From a virus (lineage: Duplodnaviria; Caudoviricetes), in IMG/VR virus record IMGVR_UViG_3300020042_007950, positions 18,324 through 82,323 of that record: a DNA stretch of 64,000 bases; one strand, written 5' to 3'. The notes under the pieces were generated by a model, which was not told where the DNA came from, did not search any database, and saw only the letters and a list, made by a program, of their open reading frames with translations. Shown here one piece after another: positions 48,294-56,610 of this stretch (within the stretch, counting starts at the first letter, position 1; the number at the start of each line of letters is the position of its first letter). Made by a program: the position numbers and the translations under genes.

Positions 48294-49493
48294 TCAAATA
48301 TAAGAAGAAATATCCGAACACCAAACTATATTTGATAAACTTTCGATAGAACTTCTTAACCACTTTTCCTCTTGAGAATCTTTTACGTATAAGATTACTA
48401 CTTCACCAGTTTTATCTGGGCTAAGTCGTAACAATCTACCCACTCTCTGAATCATGGCTAATGCTTTGCTATCAAGGCCACAGATGATTCCGAGCTGTGC
48501 ATCAGGTATATCGAATCCTTGATTCAATGCCTTTGTAGAACACAGTATTCGTACCTCATTTTCTCTGAAATCCTTGAGAGCTTTGTCCTTCTCTTTCTTA
48601 CCAAGAGCTGAATGATACCTAGCTGCATTGCAACCATTCTCATTCAACTCTGTATACATTTGATTGGTGAACTCATTAGTTCCGGCAAACGTTAGTATTT
48701 TCTTATCTGCTTTAGTCTGAGCTATCATAGCAGTATAAAGAATTTTGTTATGAGCCTTCTGAACTACTTCCTTCCTATCTCGAATAGCTTTGTAGAACAA
48801 AGTTGCATTCTTCTTCTGTACAGGGGTTGCATTAGGGTCCTTCAATATTCTACCTGCTTCCTCGAAAGCATTGTACATCCCAAGATGATACTTATAATGA
48901 ACAAAGGCATTGTTTGCAGCTTTGTAAGCATCTCTCTCTGAATCTAACAATGGAACGGGGACACAGTGAATAGTGTAAGGGGCCACTAATCCTTTCTCTA
49001 CACATTCATCTAGGGTAATGGTATAAACCGTTGGGGCTATATCATCAAGTAAATCTTTGTACTCCTCCTCCTCTGGGGCAGTAGCAGTCATACAAAGAAG
49101 TCTTTTGTGGTTATTTTGAAGAAAGATCTCTCGATAGATTGGGGACAAGCCAAGATGCACCTCATCTGCTATTGTAACAGTGTACATCTTATCTCGTAGT
49201 TTATGAGCCGATGCATAACAAAGAATGTCTATACTCTCTAACACATCTTCATAACCCCACTTCTTGAACTCTTCTTCAAACTGGTCTTGCAATTGATTAG
49301 TAGGGACTAAGACCAAGCCTCTACCTCCATGTTTACGAATCATAGCTCCACAGGCAATAACACCAACACGACTCTTTCCGAATCCTGTACCAGCTATAAC
49401 AGTACCTATGTAGCCTTCATCTTTCCAAGCATTCAATGCTTTCTTCTGCTCCTGATCTTTAATCAGTAAGAGTTTGCTCTGTACTTGTGACAT
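48294..49493 (-). CDS. Superfamily 2 helicase (UvsW/XPB-like)
   Basis: GTGFGKS, DEVH, TAT and QRVGRLLR motifs. Confidence 0.88.
   Translation of the reverse strand: MSQVQSKLLLIKDQEQKKALNAWKDEGYIGTVIAGTGFGKSRVGVIACGAMIRKHGGRGLVLVPTNQLQDQFEEEFKKWGYEDVLESIDILCYASAHKLRDKMYTVTIADEVHLGLSPIYREIFLQNNHKRLLCMTATAPEEEEYKDLLDDIAPTVYTITLDECVEKGLVAPYTIHCVPVPLLDSERDAYKAANNAFVHYKYHLGMYNAFEEAGRILKDPNATPVQKKNATLFYKAIRDRKEVVQKAHNKILYTAMIAQTKADKKILTFAGTNEFTNQMYTELNENGCNAARYHSALGKKEKDKALKDFRENEVRILCSTKALNQGFDIPDAQLGIICGLDSKALAMIQRVGRLLRLSPDKTGEVVILYVKDSQEEKWLRSSIESLSNIVWCSDISSYI
48295..48302 (-). promoter_or_regulatory. Bacteroidota -7 promoter element (TATATTTG)
   Basis: TAnnTTTG upstream of the ORF starting at 48257. 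Confidence 0.45.
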
Positions 49494-50028
49494 TGTCTTT
49501 AGATTTTACGTTAACTAATAGGTTACCTAGCATTCCATTGAGAGTCTCTACCTCTTCGTTAAGCTTGATTATTTTCTCTATGATGCTATCTATTGTGACA
49601 TCATCAATGTGAGGAATAAAATTAGCTCTTGCATACAAACTAGAAGCTCTCTCAAACCAATCCTTGTAAGTTTTGTCTACAATCATTAAGTCATCGTGCA
49701 GTCTAAACATATGCAAAGCAGAAGTTCTATCACGAGTGATAATCTTACCAATAGCTACATCTCTAAGATCTGTATAAGTAAGAATAAGATTAGCAACTAA
49801 ACAACGTCTAACTACATGATCTCTAACTCTACTGTTAGTTAAGAATTCAGCTCTCGGAATCGCAAACAGATGTTCCACTATCTTCAGCATCATCTCTGCT
49901 ATGTCCTGTGGGTCTCGTGACTTCGTAAAGCTTATCGAGGAATCCCGTGAAGCTTCTATCATAGCTAAGATTTGGCTCTTCCTTCTTGTTGAGTAAATCT
50001 GTTTTACTTTGTCCTTTTTCTTGATCAT
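49459..50028 (-). CDS. Protein with a DnaA domain IV (Bac_DnaA_C)-like HTH
   Basis: SRVRDHVVRRCLVANLI...DVAIGKIITRDRTSALH parallels DnaA R..ARQ.AMYL...IG..FGRDHTTVLH. Confidence 0.7.
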   Translation of the reverse strand: MIKKKDKVKQIYSTRRKSQILAMIEASRDSSISFTKSRDPQDIAEMMLKIVEHLFAIPRAEFLTNSRVRDHVVRRCLVANLILTYTDLRDVAIGKIITRDRTSALHMFRLHDDLMIVDKTYKDWFERASSLYARANFIPHIDDVTIDSIIEKIIKLNEEVETLNGMLGNLLVNVKSKDNVTSTEQTLTD

Positions 50029-50210
50029 TTGTCATTTGAATTAACTTTAATTTTTTCGTTTGGTAAATAATATTCACATTCTTTTTTCTCTTCATCCCAT
50101 GGAGTCTCAGTCATGTAAGACTGTCGATAAGGATCTGCTTTAGCTGTAAACCTGTAACAGTTAAAGGAAAGGGGGCAATTAACCCCCTTACACATAGATA
50201 TGTCCGGCAT
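50025..50210 (-). CDS. Small Cys-rich protein, probably Zn-binding
   Basis: MPDISMCKGVNCPLSFNCYRF...CEYY. Confidence 0.7.
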   Translation of the reverse strand: MPDISMCKGVNCPLSFNCYRFTAKADPYRQSYMTETPWDEEKKECEYYLPNEKIKVNSNDK

Positions 50211-50509
50211 TATTTCCCGTATTTTTCTTCGAACTTAACCTTATCAAACTTAGGTCTCTGAACCTTGTTCTTAGAACCTTTAGGACGGCCAGGTTTCTTT
50301 GTGGCTGCAGAGATTTTGAACTTTAATAATTCATCAAGCTTCTCTTGATAAGCATCTACATAGTATGTCAAAGCATCGTTCTTAGCATCAATAATATCTT
50401 CTTGATACTTGATTTCATCTGACATTCTTCTAATTATTTTTAACCCAAAAGCAAATACTACTGCCATACAGGCCAATAGTAATGATAAAACTGTGATTGC
50501 TATAACCAT
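50210..50509 (-). CDS. Membrane-anchored coiled-coil protein with an AT-hook
   Basis: N-terminal hydrophobic helix and KKPGRPKGSKNK near the C-terminus. Confidence 0.65.
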   Translation of the reverse strand: MVIAITVLSLLLACMAVVFAFGLKIIRRMSDEIKYQEDIIDAKNDALTYYVDAYQEKLDELLKFKISAATKKPGRPKGSKNKVQRPKFDKVKFEEKYGK

Positions 50510-50515
50510 TTTTGT

Positions 50516-50683
50516 TTAATTATTTAATTGATTAAGTTCTTCTTCTGTTGGGTCTGTTGTAGTACCTACAGTTTCTAAGTCAAACAGTTTCGTCGTGTCT
50601 TTTTCTGGACAATGAACTGTAATGTTTACTGGTGCCTGCTTACATGAAGCAAACACGAGTATAAGAATGAATAACTTTTTCAC
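50516..50683 (-). CDS. Small lipoprotein, 55 aa (not in the ORF track)
   Basis: Translated by hand from a GTG start: MKKLFILILVFASCKQAPV..., a lipobox-like signal; fills the intergenic gap. Confidence 0.6.
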   Translation of the reverse strand: MKKLFILILVFASCKQAPVNITVHCPEKDTTKLFDLETVGTTTDPTEEELNQLNN

Positions 50684-50684
50684 G

Positions 50685-50984
50685 TTAATTTATGTTATCG
50701 ATATCGGGAACTTTAGCCTGTTCCACTTTGAGGCCCCACATTAGGTTGAACATAGATGCTGCAGTTTGAGCATGTCTGATAGTAAGACTACGGTGTTTAC
50801 GGAAATACTTTACCATATGTTCCATCCACTTTTTCTCTTGTTCAGCAGTCATAGTCCACTGATAGTACCATTGATCTTTACGACCCTTGATGTCCTCAAA
50901 GGTTACATCATGACCAGCTATTGCAAACATAGCATCTATTAGTTCTTTGATGATGTCATCATCAGTTAATCTTTTAGTCTTCAT
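50685..50984 (-). CDS. Hypothetical protein
   Basis: Start taken at MKTKRLTDD (50984), overlapping the upstream stop. Confidence 0.6.
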   Translation of the reverse strand: MKTKRLTDDDIIKELIDAMFAIAGHDVTFEDIKGRKDQWYYQWTMTAEQEKKWMEHMVKYFRKHRSLTIRHAQTAASMFNLMWGLKVEQAKVPDIDNIN

Positions 50985-51213
50985 CTTCGTCAGCCAATTG
51001 TTCAAAGTAACAATATCTACAATCTGCAAAAGATCCCATGTTATCTAATTCTTCATAAGCTTCATCCCAATCTCCACAATCGAGGTTTGCTGCTAAATAC
51101 TGATCAACCATTTCTCCAATGGCTTCAGTATCACAGCTAGGACAAAGTGTATCTGCAGTTTCCCATGGTCTATTAGGAGCACTCTCTGCCCCTGCTGGTA
51201 AATTACTGTTCAT
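50974..51213 (-). CDS. Small acidic protein with CxxC...CxxC
   Basis: CPSC and CRYC motifs. Confidence 0.55.
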   Translation of the reverse strand: MNSNLPAGAESAPNRPWETADTLCPSCDTEAIGEMVDQYLAANLDCGDWDEAYEELDNMGSFADCRYCYFEQLADEDED

Positions 51214-51556
51214 TTCTTATAGGATTAAAAGTGTCTTCAAATTCTCCTGCTTGATAAGCTCTGATAAGAGCTGATACCTCAGGCATTTTATAATAATCAG
51301 TAGTAGCTAAGAGTTTAGTAAATTCTTCTATTGCTTTGGTAACCTCAGGCATTTGAACCCCGTCAGTATCCCATAAACTCATAAAGACTTTACCATGTTC
51401 TTTCAGAATGATGTCAACAGTTGCTTTCAATAGTTGTTTACTACGTTTAGTATTAAACCATTTAATCTCTTGACATTCATCTGCAGCATAAACAGCAGTT
51501 TGTAACCACATTAATAATGTTAGTACTTGAATTTTTTCTTTTTCTACTTGCTCCAT
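51203..51556 (-). CDS. Hypothetical protein
   Basis: 117-aa ORF overlapping the polymerase stop. Confidence 0.55.
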   Translation of the reverse strand: MEQVEKEKIQVLTLLMWLQTAVYAADECQEIKWFNTKRSKQLLKATVDIILKEHGKVFMSLWDTDGVQMPEVTKAIEEFTKLLATTDYYKMPEVSALIRAYQAGEFEDTFNPIRNEQ

Positions 51557-53460
51557 ACGTTAGTGATTGATGTTTCTGCTTTTAATAATCCATTCTTGAT
51601 AACAATGTTAGCTGCTTGTTCCATAAGCTCAGTCATTCTTTGTTTCCATTCTTCAGCATATTCTCTTGGGCAAACTGTGTCAATCTGATCATGAACGGTC
51701 ATGATTATCTTAACAGGTAAGTTGTACTTTTTGATATACCTATAGATGAGAACTAATGCAAGCTTAGTCATATCAGCTGAACTGCCTTGAATCGGTGTGT
51801 TCTTAGATGCTCTCTCAATTGATCCCAGTTCCATAAAGCTATCTTTATCACTGTACATCTTTGGAGTCCAACTGTTAAACCACCTCTTTCTCTTGAATGG
51901 AGGGAAAGTTTCAATGTAACCGTGTTTCTTCCCAAATTCACCAAGACCATTTAAGAATGCCTCAATTTTAGGGAAAGCTTTGAAGTACTTCGTAATCAAC
52001 TCCTTTGCTTCTTTTGTAGAGCAATTGATTGTTTCAGATAACTTCTTAGGCCCCATGCCGTAAGCCAATCCGAAATTGATTGTCTTAACTTGAGTTCTTA
52101 ATTTCTTGTGAGCTTTACAGTCACACTTCTCTTTCGTTTTGTAATAAGCACAATCCTCTTCTGCTGCATTCTTCCATACTTCTCCGAATACTAACTCTGC
52201 ACATACCGAGTGCAAGTCTTCATTATTTTCGAGAGCTTTTAGAAACACAGGGTCTTGAGAACCATATGCTATTACATTTAGTTCTTGTGATGAGTAGTCA
52301 CTAGATACAAACACATAACCTTCAGGGGCCACAAAGCAATTTCTGTACTCGTTAGTAGCAGGTATTTGTTGCATGTTGGGCCCAGAACTACTAACACGAC
52401 CTGTGTCCAGGATTTGTGTGAAATTCGTTCTAACTTTCTTGTCAGCACTAAGGAATGTATAGAAGTTATCTCCAAATGCAGATGATAACTTATCCTTCTC
52501 CTTGTACTTGATATACTCATCGATAAGAGTGTGTTTATACCTATAAGGTGCAAGCTTCTTACCATTAGCATTCTCAAGCTCAGGTACTAACGTTCTGAAA
52601 ATCTTAACCACTTGAGTTGGGGACGACCACTTAACTGTAGACTCTTTCAAATCTTCTACATCAGTAAACATATCCAACTGTTTGTGTGCTTTGTAACTAC
52701 TAAACCTCTCATCAGCAAGCAACGACTTATCTAGCTCTTTTTCAAGCTGAATAGACATTGCTTTGTTTCTGACAGCAAGTTTTTGCCAAGCATCAGTATC
52801 AAGGATTAATCCCTCATACTCTATCTCAGAGAAAACTACAACAGCTTGATTCTCTAAGTTGACTACACTACGTAATCGTTTGAGATCAATATCAGGCTGT
52901 TGTTTGTGGTAAATATCGATTAGATATTCTACATCTTTAGCACCATACACCATTTGATCAACAGTGAATGGATTGCTACCAAGGTCTATGAATCTGTTAC
53001 GTACATCTTTACTTAGAGTGACGTTTAGATACCGTTGTGTAAGCTTGCCAAGACCAAAACCAAAATCATCTTTACCACAGTGTAATACCTTCTCAGTTAA
53101 CATTGTGTCATACACATTGTTTAAGCTGATATTACAATAGAACTTGAGGAACTTGTAGTCAAACTTAGCATTATGAAGTATCTTAATTTTAGAATCATCT
53201 TCTAAAACAGATTTCAACAATGCTATGTCTTGCTTACTAGTTACTCTGTAATCAATGACAAACTGCTTGTCTTTGTCACCAACTTGAATCATTAACAACT
53301 TCTTACCTGTGAAGTCAAGACCTTCGGTCTCGGTGTCAGCTGCAATCAAATCAATTGATTGTAGGTGATTAACACAGTCTTGCATTGTACATGATTGTAG
53401 TGGTGAATCAAAGAGAGTATCTTTACCATTAACTACATAGATAGAATCAGAGTTTATCAT
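51544..53460 (-). CDS. polA: Family A DNA polymerase with a 3'-5' exonuclease domain
   Basis: Exo motifs DTET, HNAKFD and YGAKD; polymerase motifs DYSSQEL, KTINFGLAYG, NTPIQGSSAD and VHDQ. Start moved to MINSD (53460). Confidence 0.93.
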   Translation of the reverse strand: MINSDSIYVVNGKDTLFDSPLQSCTMQDCVNHLQSIDLIAADTETEGLDFTGKKLLMIQVGDKDKQFVIDYRVTSKQDIALLKSVLEDDSKIKILHNAKFDYKFLKFYCNISLNNVYDTMLTEKVLHCGKDDFGFGLGKLTQRYLNVTLSKDVRNRFIDLGSNPFTVDQMVYGAKDVEYLIDIYHKQQPDIDLKRLRSVVNLENQAVVVFSEIEYEGLILDTDAWQKLAVRNKAMSIQLEKELDKSLLADERFSSYKAHKQLDMFTDVEDLKESTVKWSSPTQVVKIFRTLVPELENANGKKLAPYRYKHTLIDEYIKYKEKDKLSSAFGDNFYTFLSADKKVRTNFTQILDTGRVSSSGPNMQQIPATNEYRNCFVAPEGYVFVSSDYSSQELNVIAYGSQDPVFLKALENNEDLHSVCAELVFGEVWKNAAEEDCAYYKTKEKCDCKAHKKLRTQVKTINFGLAYGMGPKKLSETINCSTKEAKELITKYFKAFPKIEAFLNGLGEFGKKHGYIETFPPFKRKRWFNSWTPKMYSDKDSFMELGSIERASKNTPIQGSSADMTKLALVLIYRYIKKYNLPVKIIMTVHDQIDTVCPREYAEEWKQRMTELMEQAANIVIKNGLLKAETSITNVWSK

Positions 53461-53653
53461 TTCTTGTTGCTGTATGTGCATCGTCATTCTTGTCAATAAA
53501 GTCAAGAACATTAGCCACAAATTTAACATCAAGATTAGAATTGTCAAACTCTATTCTTTCAAACTTACATTCAATAGCTTCATCGTATTTCTGACGAAGA
53601 ATTGAATGACGACCTGTATCCATCAGGCCTTTTACCCACTTCATATAACCCAT
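53447..53653 (-). CDS. Hypothetical protein
   Basis: 68-aa ORF overlapping the polA start. Confidence 0.5.
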   Translation of the reverse strand: MGYMKWVKGLMDTGRHSILRQKYDEAIECKFERIEFDNSNLDVKFVANVLDFIDKNDDAHTATRNDKL

Positions 53654-53737
53654 AGCTGATTAGTTTTTACCTTCGTGATTATTATCTGTCAACATAATAC
53701 TACAAGCATCAGGTATTTCTACCTGAATGCTTTTCTA

Positions 53738-54115
53738 TCAATCATACAACTGAATTTCTACATAATATGCACGATCTGCATACTCCACTCTTACGTAAGT
53801 AGCATCATCGTAATCCATTAAGTACACCCAGCATTTCTCACCATCTTCATCAGTTGATTGCCACTCTTCAGTTTCGCTATCAATTCTTCTGTATTTGCTA
53901 TTGACAAATCTTTTAGTTTGATAAGGAGACTTCATAATAAGAGTGTCTTTGTGCATGATTACAGGGAAATCAATCTCTCTCATATCACTCCATATGTATT
54001 CTCCTTTAACATCCTCATTTAAATGAGCAATACTTAGAGAAACACCATGGAATACTGATGGTTGTGCAATTGCTACATTAGCAAGCAACATAAATGCAAA
54101 AACGATTTTCTTCAT
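53738..54115 (-). CDS. Secreted/periplasmic protein
   Basis: Signal peptide MKKIVFAFMLLANVAIA-Q. Confidence 0.65.
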   Translation of the reverse strand: MKKIVFAFMLLANVAIAQPSVFHGVSLSIAHLNEDVKGEYIWSDMREIDFPVIMHKDTLIMKSPYQTKRFVNSKYRRIDSETEEWQSTDEDGEKCWVYLMDYDDATYVRVEYADRAYYVEIQLYD

Positions 54116-54163
54116 AATTGTTTGGTTTTAAATTGTGTTTATTAGTAATTAAATCTTTGCTAT

Positions 54164-54222
54164 AAAAAAACAAGTCAGTAGCCATAAGAGAGCATTGCCA
54201 ACTCTCCTATGGTACTACTTGC
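54164..54222 (-). terminator. Intrinsic terminator downstream of twister B
   Basis: 11-bp stem CCAUAGGAGAG/CUCUCUUAUGG (one G-U pair), outer CAAG/CUUG extension, then U7. Confidence 0.7.
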
Positions 54223-54238
54223 CTAATCATTAACCTAA

Positions 54239-54362
54239 CCCTCTGTACTCAATCACAAAACTCGGCTAAACTATGTTGTTTATATGCATTTCAAACATAG
54301 TCTTTATAACGCTGTCTCTATTTTGTAATTGCTTAGCCTTGGGAACTAAGAATGGTACATTA
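54239..54362 (-). ncRNA. Twister self-cleaving ribozyme (copy B)
   Basis: UAA, P2 UGUA/UACA, T2 CC/GG, P4 CUUAG/CUAAG, loop UUCCCAAGG, 11-bp P5, then GA-GGG (T1 CCC/GGG). P1 is weak. Confidence 0.8.
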
Positions 54363-54365
54363 AAA

Positions 54366-54391
54366 TGCCTAGGAGATTTCTCCCCTAGACA
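54366..54391 (-). other. 11-bp GAAA-tetraloop hairpin immediately 5' of the twister B cleavage site
   Basis: UGUCUAGGGGA-GAAA-UCUCCUAGGCA followed by UUUUAA. Confidence 0.7.
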
Positions 54392-54433
54392 CTTTTGTTT
54401 AACAGCGACCTTTTATACTAACAAATCGAAAAA

Positions 54434-55036
54434 TTAGTTAAAGATTTCTCCTGTTGCTGCAGAGATACCAGCTGGTATACCTGTAGTCTTTGATTCTACT
54501 GCATCCATTGCTAAGAATACGTGATTAGCTTTGTGGAAAGCCATACGTGTATTAGCAAAGATATACAGACCTTGATGTGTGCAATAAGCACCATCTTTAC
54601 CTCTACGTTTAGCAGAGGTTTCGATGTTGTTGAGCTGATACTCAGTAGGCTGAGTAGTCTCTGCAACTTCTACCTTCAATGGAATTTCTTCCCCATTAAC
54701 AATAGCTACTGGATTAAGGATGTTCAATGGAAGAACTTCACGTCCCATTGCATCAATAGTCCAAGCATCATTGTTATCAGACAAATCAATGCCTAACAAT
54801 GTCGTAGCAGCTTTCGCTTCTACTGTTAACCAAGCACGACGTGCTCCTCCTTGAGAAAAACGGTCATCACCTGCATTAAATAAAGCCAGAGGATTAGCTG
54901 ATTGTGTAGACTCTTTTTGAAGAACCTCAGCAAATTCCAACTGCAATTTTTGTCCATTCACTTTCCTAGCTTGGACTAACAAGGTGCTATTCATTGACAA
55001 ACCTGCCAATGAACCGCTGTTTAGAGTGTTACTCAT
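54434..55036 (-). CDS. Hypothetical protein
   Basis: Start taken at MSNTLNSG (55036); 200 aa. Confidence 0.65.
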   Translation of the reverse strand: MSNTLNSGSLAGLSMNSTLLVQARKVNGQKLQLEFAEVLQKESTQSANPLALFNAGDDRFSQGGARRAWLTVEAKAATTLLGIDLSDNNDAWTIDAMGREVLPLNILNPVAIVNGEEIPLKVEVAETTQPTEYQLNNIETSAKRRGKDGAYCTHQGLYIFANTRMAFHKANHVFLAMDAVESKTTGIPAGISAATGEIFN

Positions 55037-55107
55037 GATTTTTATATGTTGATTTATGATTAAATCCAAATTTGAAAGCAGTTTCAACACTTGCTTAGGT
55101 GATTTTG

Positions 55108-55269
55108 TTATAGTTCCATTAAGTGGAACTCTACTCTAATGAGAGGTCTTTCGATGAGTTGTACATCACCTCTAAGATACTTTTTACCATCAATGGTAAT
55201 TACATCTTCTTTATCAATGATGTCACGTTGTTCATCACTGTGTGCATAATACCTTACGACTTTATGCAT
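55108..55269 (-). CDS. Small hypothetical protein, 53 aa (not in the ORF track)
   Basis: Translated by hand: MHKVVRYYAHSDEQRDIIDKEDVITIDGKKYLRGDVQLIERPLIRVEFHLMEL. Confidence 0.6.
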   Translation of the reverse strand: MHKVVRYYAHSDEQRDIIDKEDVITIDGKKYLRGDVQLIERPLIRVEFHLMEL

Positions 55270-55481
55270 AATTTATACTTAAATGAAAATGTCCAAGGAG
55301 CAATGTTTACTCCTTCTCCTATTTTTGTAATTCTTTCTAGCAATCTACCTTCTGCATCTCTAACAAAATGAGGAACACTAACAATATCTTTTGATAGCAA
55401 AGGTTCTTTACTTCTGTCCTCAAATTTTACTATGAGTTCAGTGATATCATTATCAAGTTTGTTTACTGAAAATTCTGCCAT
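55254..55481 (-). CDS. Hypothetical early protein
   Basis: 75-aa ORF in a tightly packed small-gene array. Confidence 0.55.
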   Translation of the reverse strand: MAEFSVNKLDNDITELIVKFEDRSKEPLLSKDIVSVPHFVRDAEGRLLERITKIGEGVNIAPWTFSFKYKLCIKS

Positions 55482-55483
55482 AA

Positions 55484-55669
55484 TTATTCTTGTGTTATAT
55501 TATTAGCAACTCGTTTGAATCCCATTCTCATAGGACCAAACATGAACGCCAGCCAATATGAGTCCTCATATTCTGGTAAACATTCCCCAAAGGCAATGGT
55601 TGGAACGAATACAAATACTCGTTCCTCCCAATACCAATGGATTTGAATGTGGTGTTTAAGCTTTCTCAT
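55484..55669 (-). CDS. Hypothetical early protein
   Basis: 61 aa; ATGA overlap with the upstream gene. Confidence 0.5.
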   Translation of the reverse strand: MRKLKHHIQIHWYWEERVFVFVPTIAFGECLPEYEDSYWLAFMFGPMRMGFKRVANNITQE

Positions 55670-55875
55670 TGATGCATTGATGTGTAAAAGATAGACACAA
55701 TGATACCAATCATGCTAAGCAATACACAGTAAGTAGCATTATGTATGCACAAGAAGTACACACTAATGTCGAAATTAACTAACGCAGCAAGTAATGCTGG
55801 TGCTACAAATACAGCTGTGAATACAGCAGCTAATTCTGCTAATCCACGAAATAGTTGTTTGAATTGCTTTCTCAT
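55666..55875 (-). CDS. Small two-helix membrane protein
   Basis: Two hydrophobic stretches. Confidence 0.55.
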   Translation of the reverse strand: MRKQFKQLFRGLAELAAVFTAVFVAPALLAALVNFDISVYFLCIHNATYCVLLSMIGIIVSIFYTSMHQ

Positions 55876-55877
55876 GA

Positions 55878-56087
55878 TTAATCTTGTTTTAATGGATTAG
55901 CAAAATTGTAACGTTCTGTAACTCTGTATTCAGAGTTATAAGGCTTGATAGTTCCCTTGTCATCGTAATAGCAAGGGTTTTTGCCACCACTACGTGTTGC
56001 AATAGAGTGTGCATTACATGATGATAGCATAGCTATCGATAAGATTGTTGCAAAGTAAAGCAACACATACGCTGTTGATTTTTTCAT
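55878..56087 (-). CDS. Small lipoprotein
   Basis: Lipobox-like MLSS-C after a hydrophobic signal. Confidence 0.6.
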   Translation of the reverse strand: MKKSTAYVLLYFATILSIAMLSSCNAHSIATRSGGKNPCYYDDKGTIKPYNSEYRVTERYNFANPLKQD

Positions 56088-56111
56088 GATTATTTATAGG
56101 TTAATTGATTA

Positions 56112-56119
56112 CAAATATA
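56112..56119 (-). promoter_or_regulatory. Bacteroidota -7 promoter element (TATATTTG)
   Basis: TAnnTTTG upstream of the ATG at 56087, preceded by an AGGCA/TGCCT hairpin. Confidence 0.5.
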
Positions 56120-56158
56120 TAAGGCAGTTTGTCTACATGCCTAGGTATACGACGAATA

Positions 56159-56410
56159 TCACGTCCTTTCTATTGTAACTTTAATAACTACTTCGTGTAG
56201 TTTAGTAGGCTGATAATCATTATCATATGGATAATCATCATCAGGACTGCTATCCATTTTACGACGTAGATCTTCTAATGCATCTCTGTCATTAATTTCT
56301 TGACGAGCTTCCTCGACTTCTTTAATAACTTTAGATGTGTACAAGATTGTACTCATTAGGTCATCTATATCCACACTTGGATACTTTACTATAAATTCGT
56401 TTAGATTCAT
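56159..56410 (-). CDS. Hypothetical acidic early protein
   Basis: 83-aa ORF immediately downstream of twister A. Confidence 0.55.
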   Translation of the reverse strand: MNLNEFIVKYPSVDIDDLMSTILYTSKVIKEVEEARQEINDRDALEDLRRKMDSSPDDDYPYDNDYQPTKLHEVVIKVTIERT

Positions 56411-56441
56411 GGTTAATAAATGTTAGTTAATGATTTGATTA

Positions 56442-56544
56442 TGTACCACTCTGCATTCAGTTGTCCGTTCGACGATATAGTATTAGACTATAAGGTTATT
56501 ACAACTGCTTACCCTTGTGAAGTAAGTTGTGATGCATTAATACA
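56442..56544 (-). ncRNA. Twister self-cleaving ribozyme (copy A, type P1)
   Basis: P1 UGUAU/GUACA, UAA, P2 UGCA/UGCA, T2 UC/GG, P4 CUUAC/GUAAG, loop UUCACAAGG, P5 CAGUUGU/ACAACUG, then GA-GUG (T1 CAC/GUG). Covaries with copy B. Confidence 0.85.
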
Positions 56545-56545
56545 A

Positions 56546-56604
56546 ACCAACAACATATCGGTCGAAAGACTTATATAGATAAATCAGACCTCAATGCTGT
56601 TGGC
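56546..56604 (-). other. Long hairpin immediately 5' of twister A
   Basis: 11-bp GCCAACAGCAU/AUGUUGUUGGU, inner GGUC/GACC and GAUUUAU/AUAAGUC. Confidence 0.6.
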
Positions 56605-56610
56605 TAATGA

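Noticed and set aside
23932-53460. Inteins or group I introns in RNAP, helicases or polA
   Set aside because: Reading frames are continuous, motif spacing looks normal, and no intein or homing-endonuclease motifs were noticed.
55108-55260. Several inverted repeats (AGTTCCA/TGGAACT, AGAGGT/ACCTCT, TTACCA/TGGTAA) suggesting another ncRNA
   Set aside because: The stretch is a clean 53-codon - strand ORF with no ribozyme core motifs.
36026-55371. Short + strand ORFs over the replication block (e.g. 36026-36232, 36706-37017, 45823-46053, 55123-55371)
   Set aside because: They overlap well-supported genes or a terminator; 55123-55371 is antisense to the real 55108-55269 gene.
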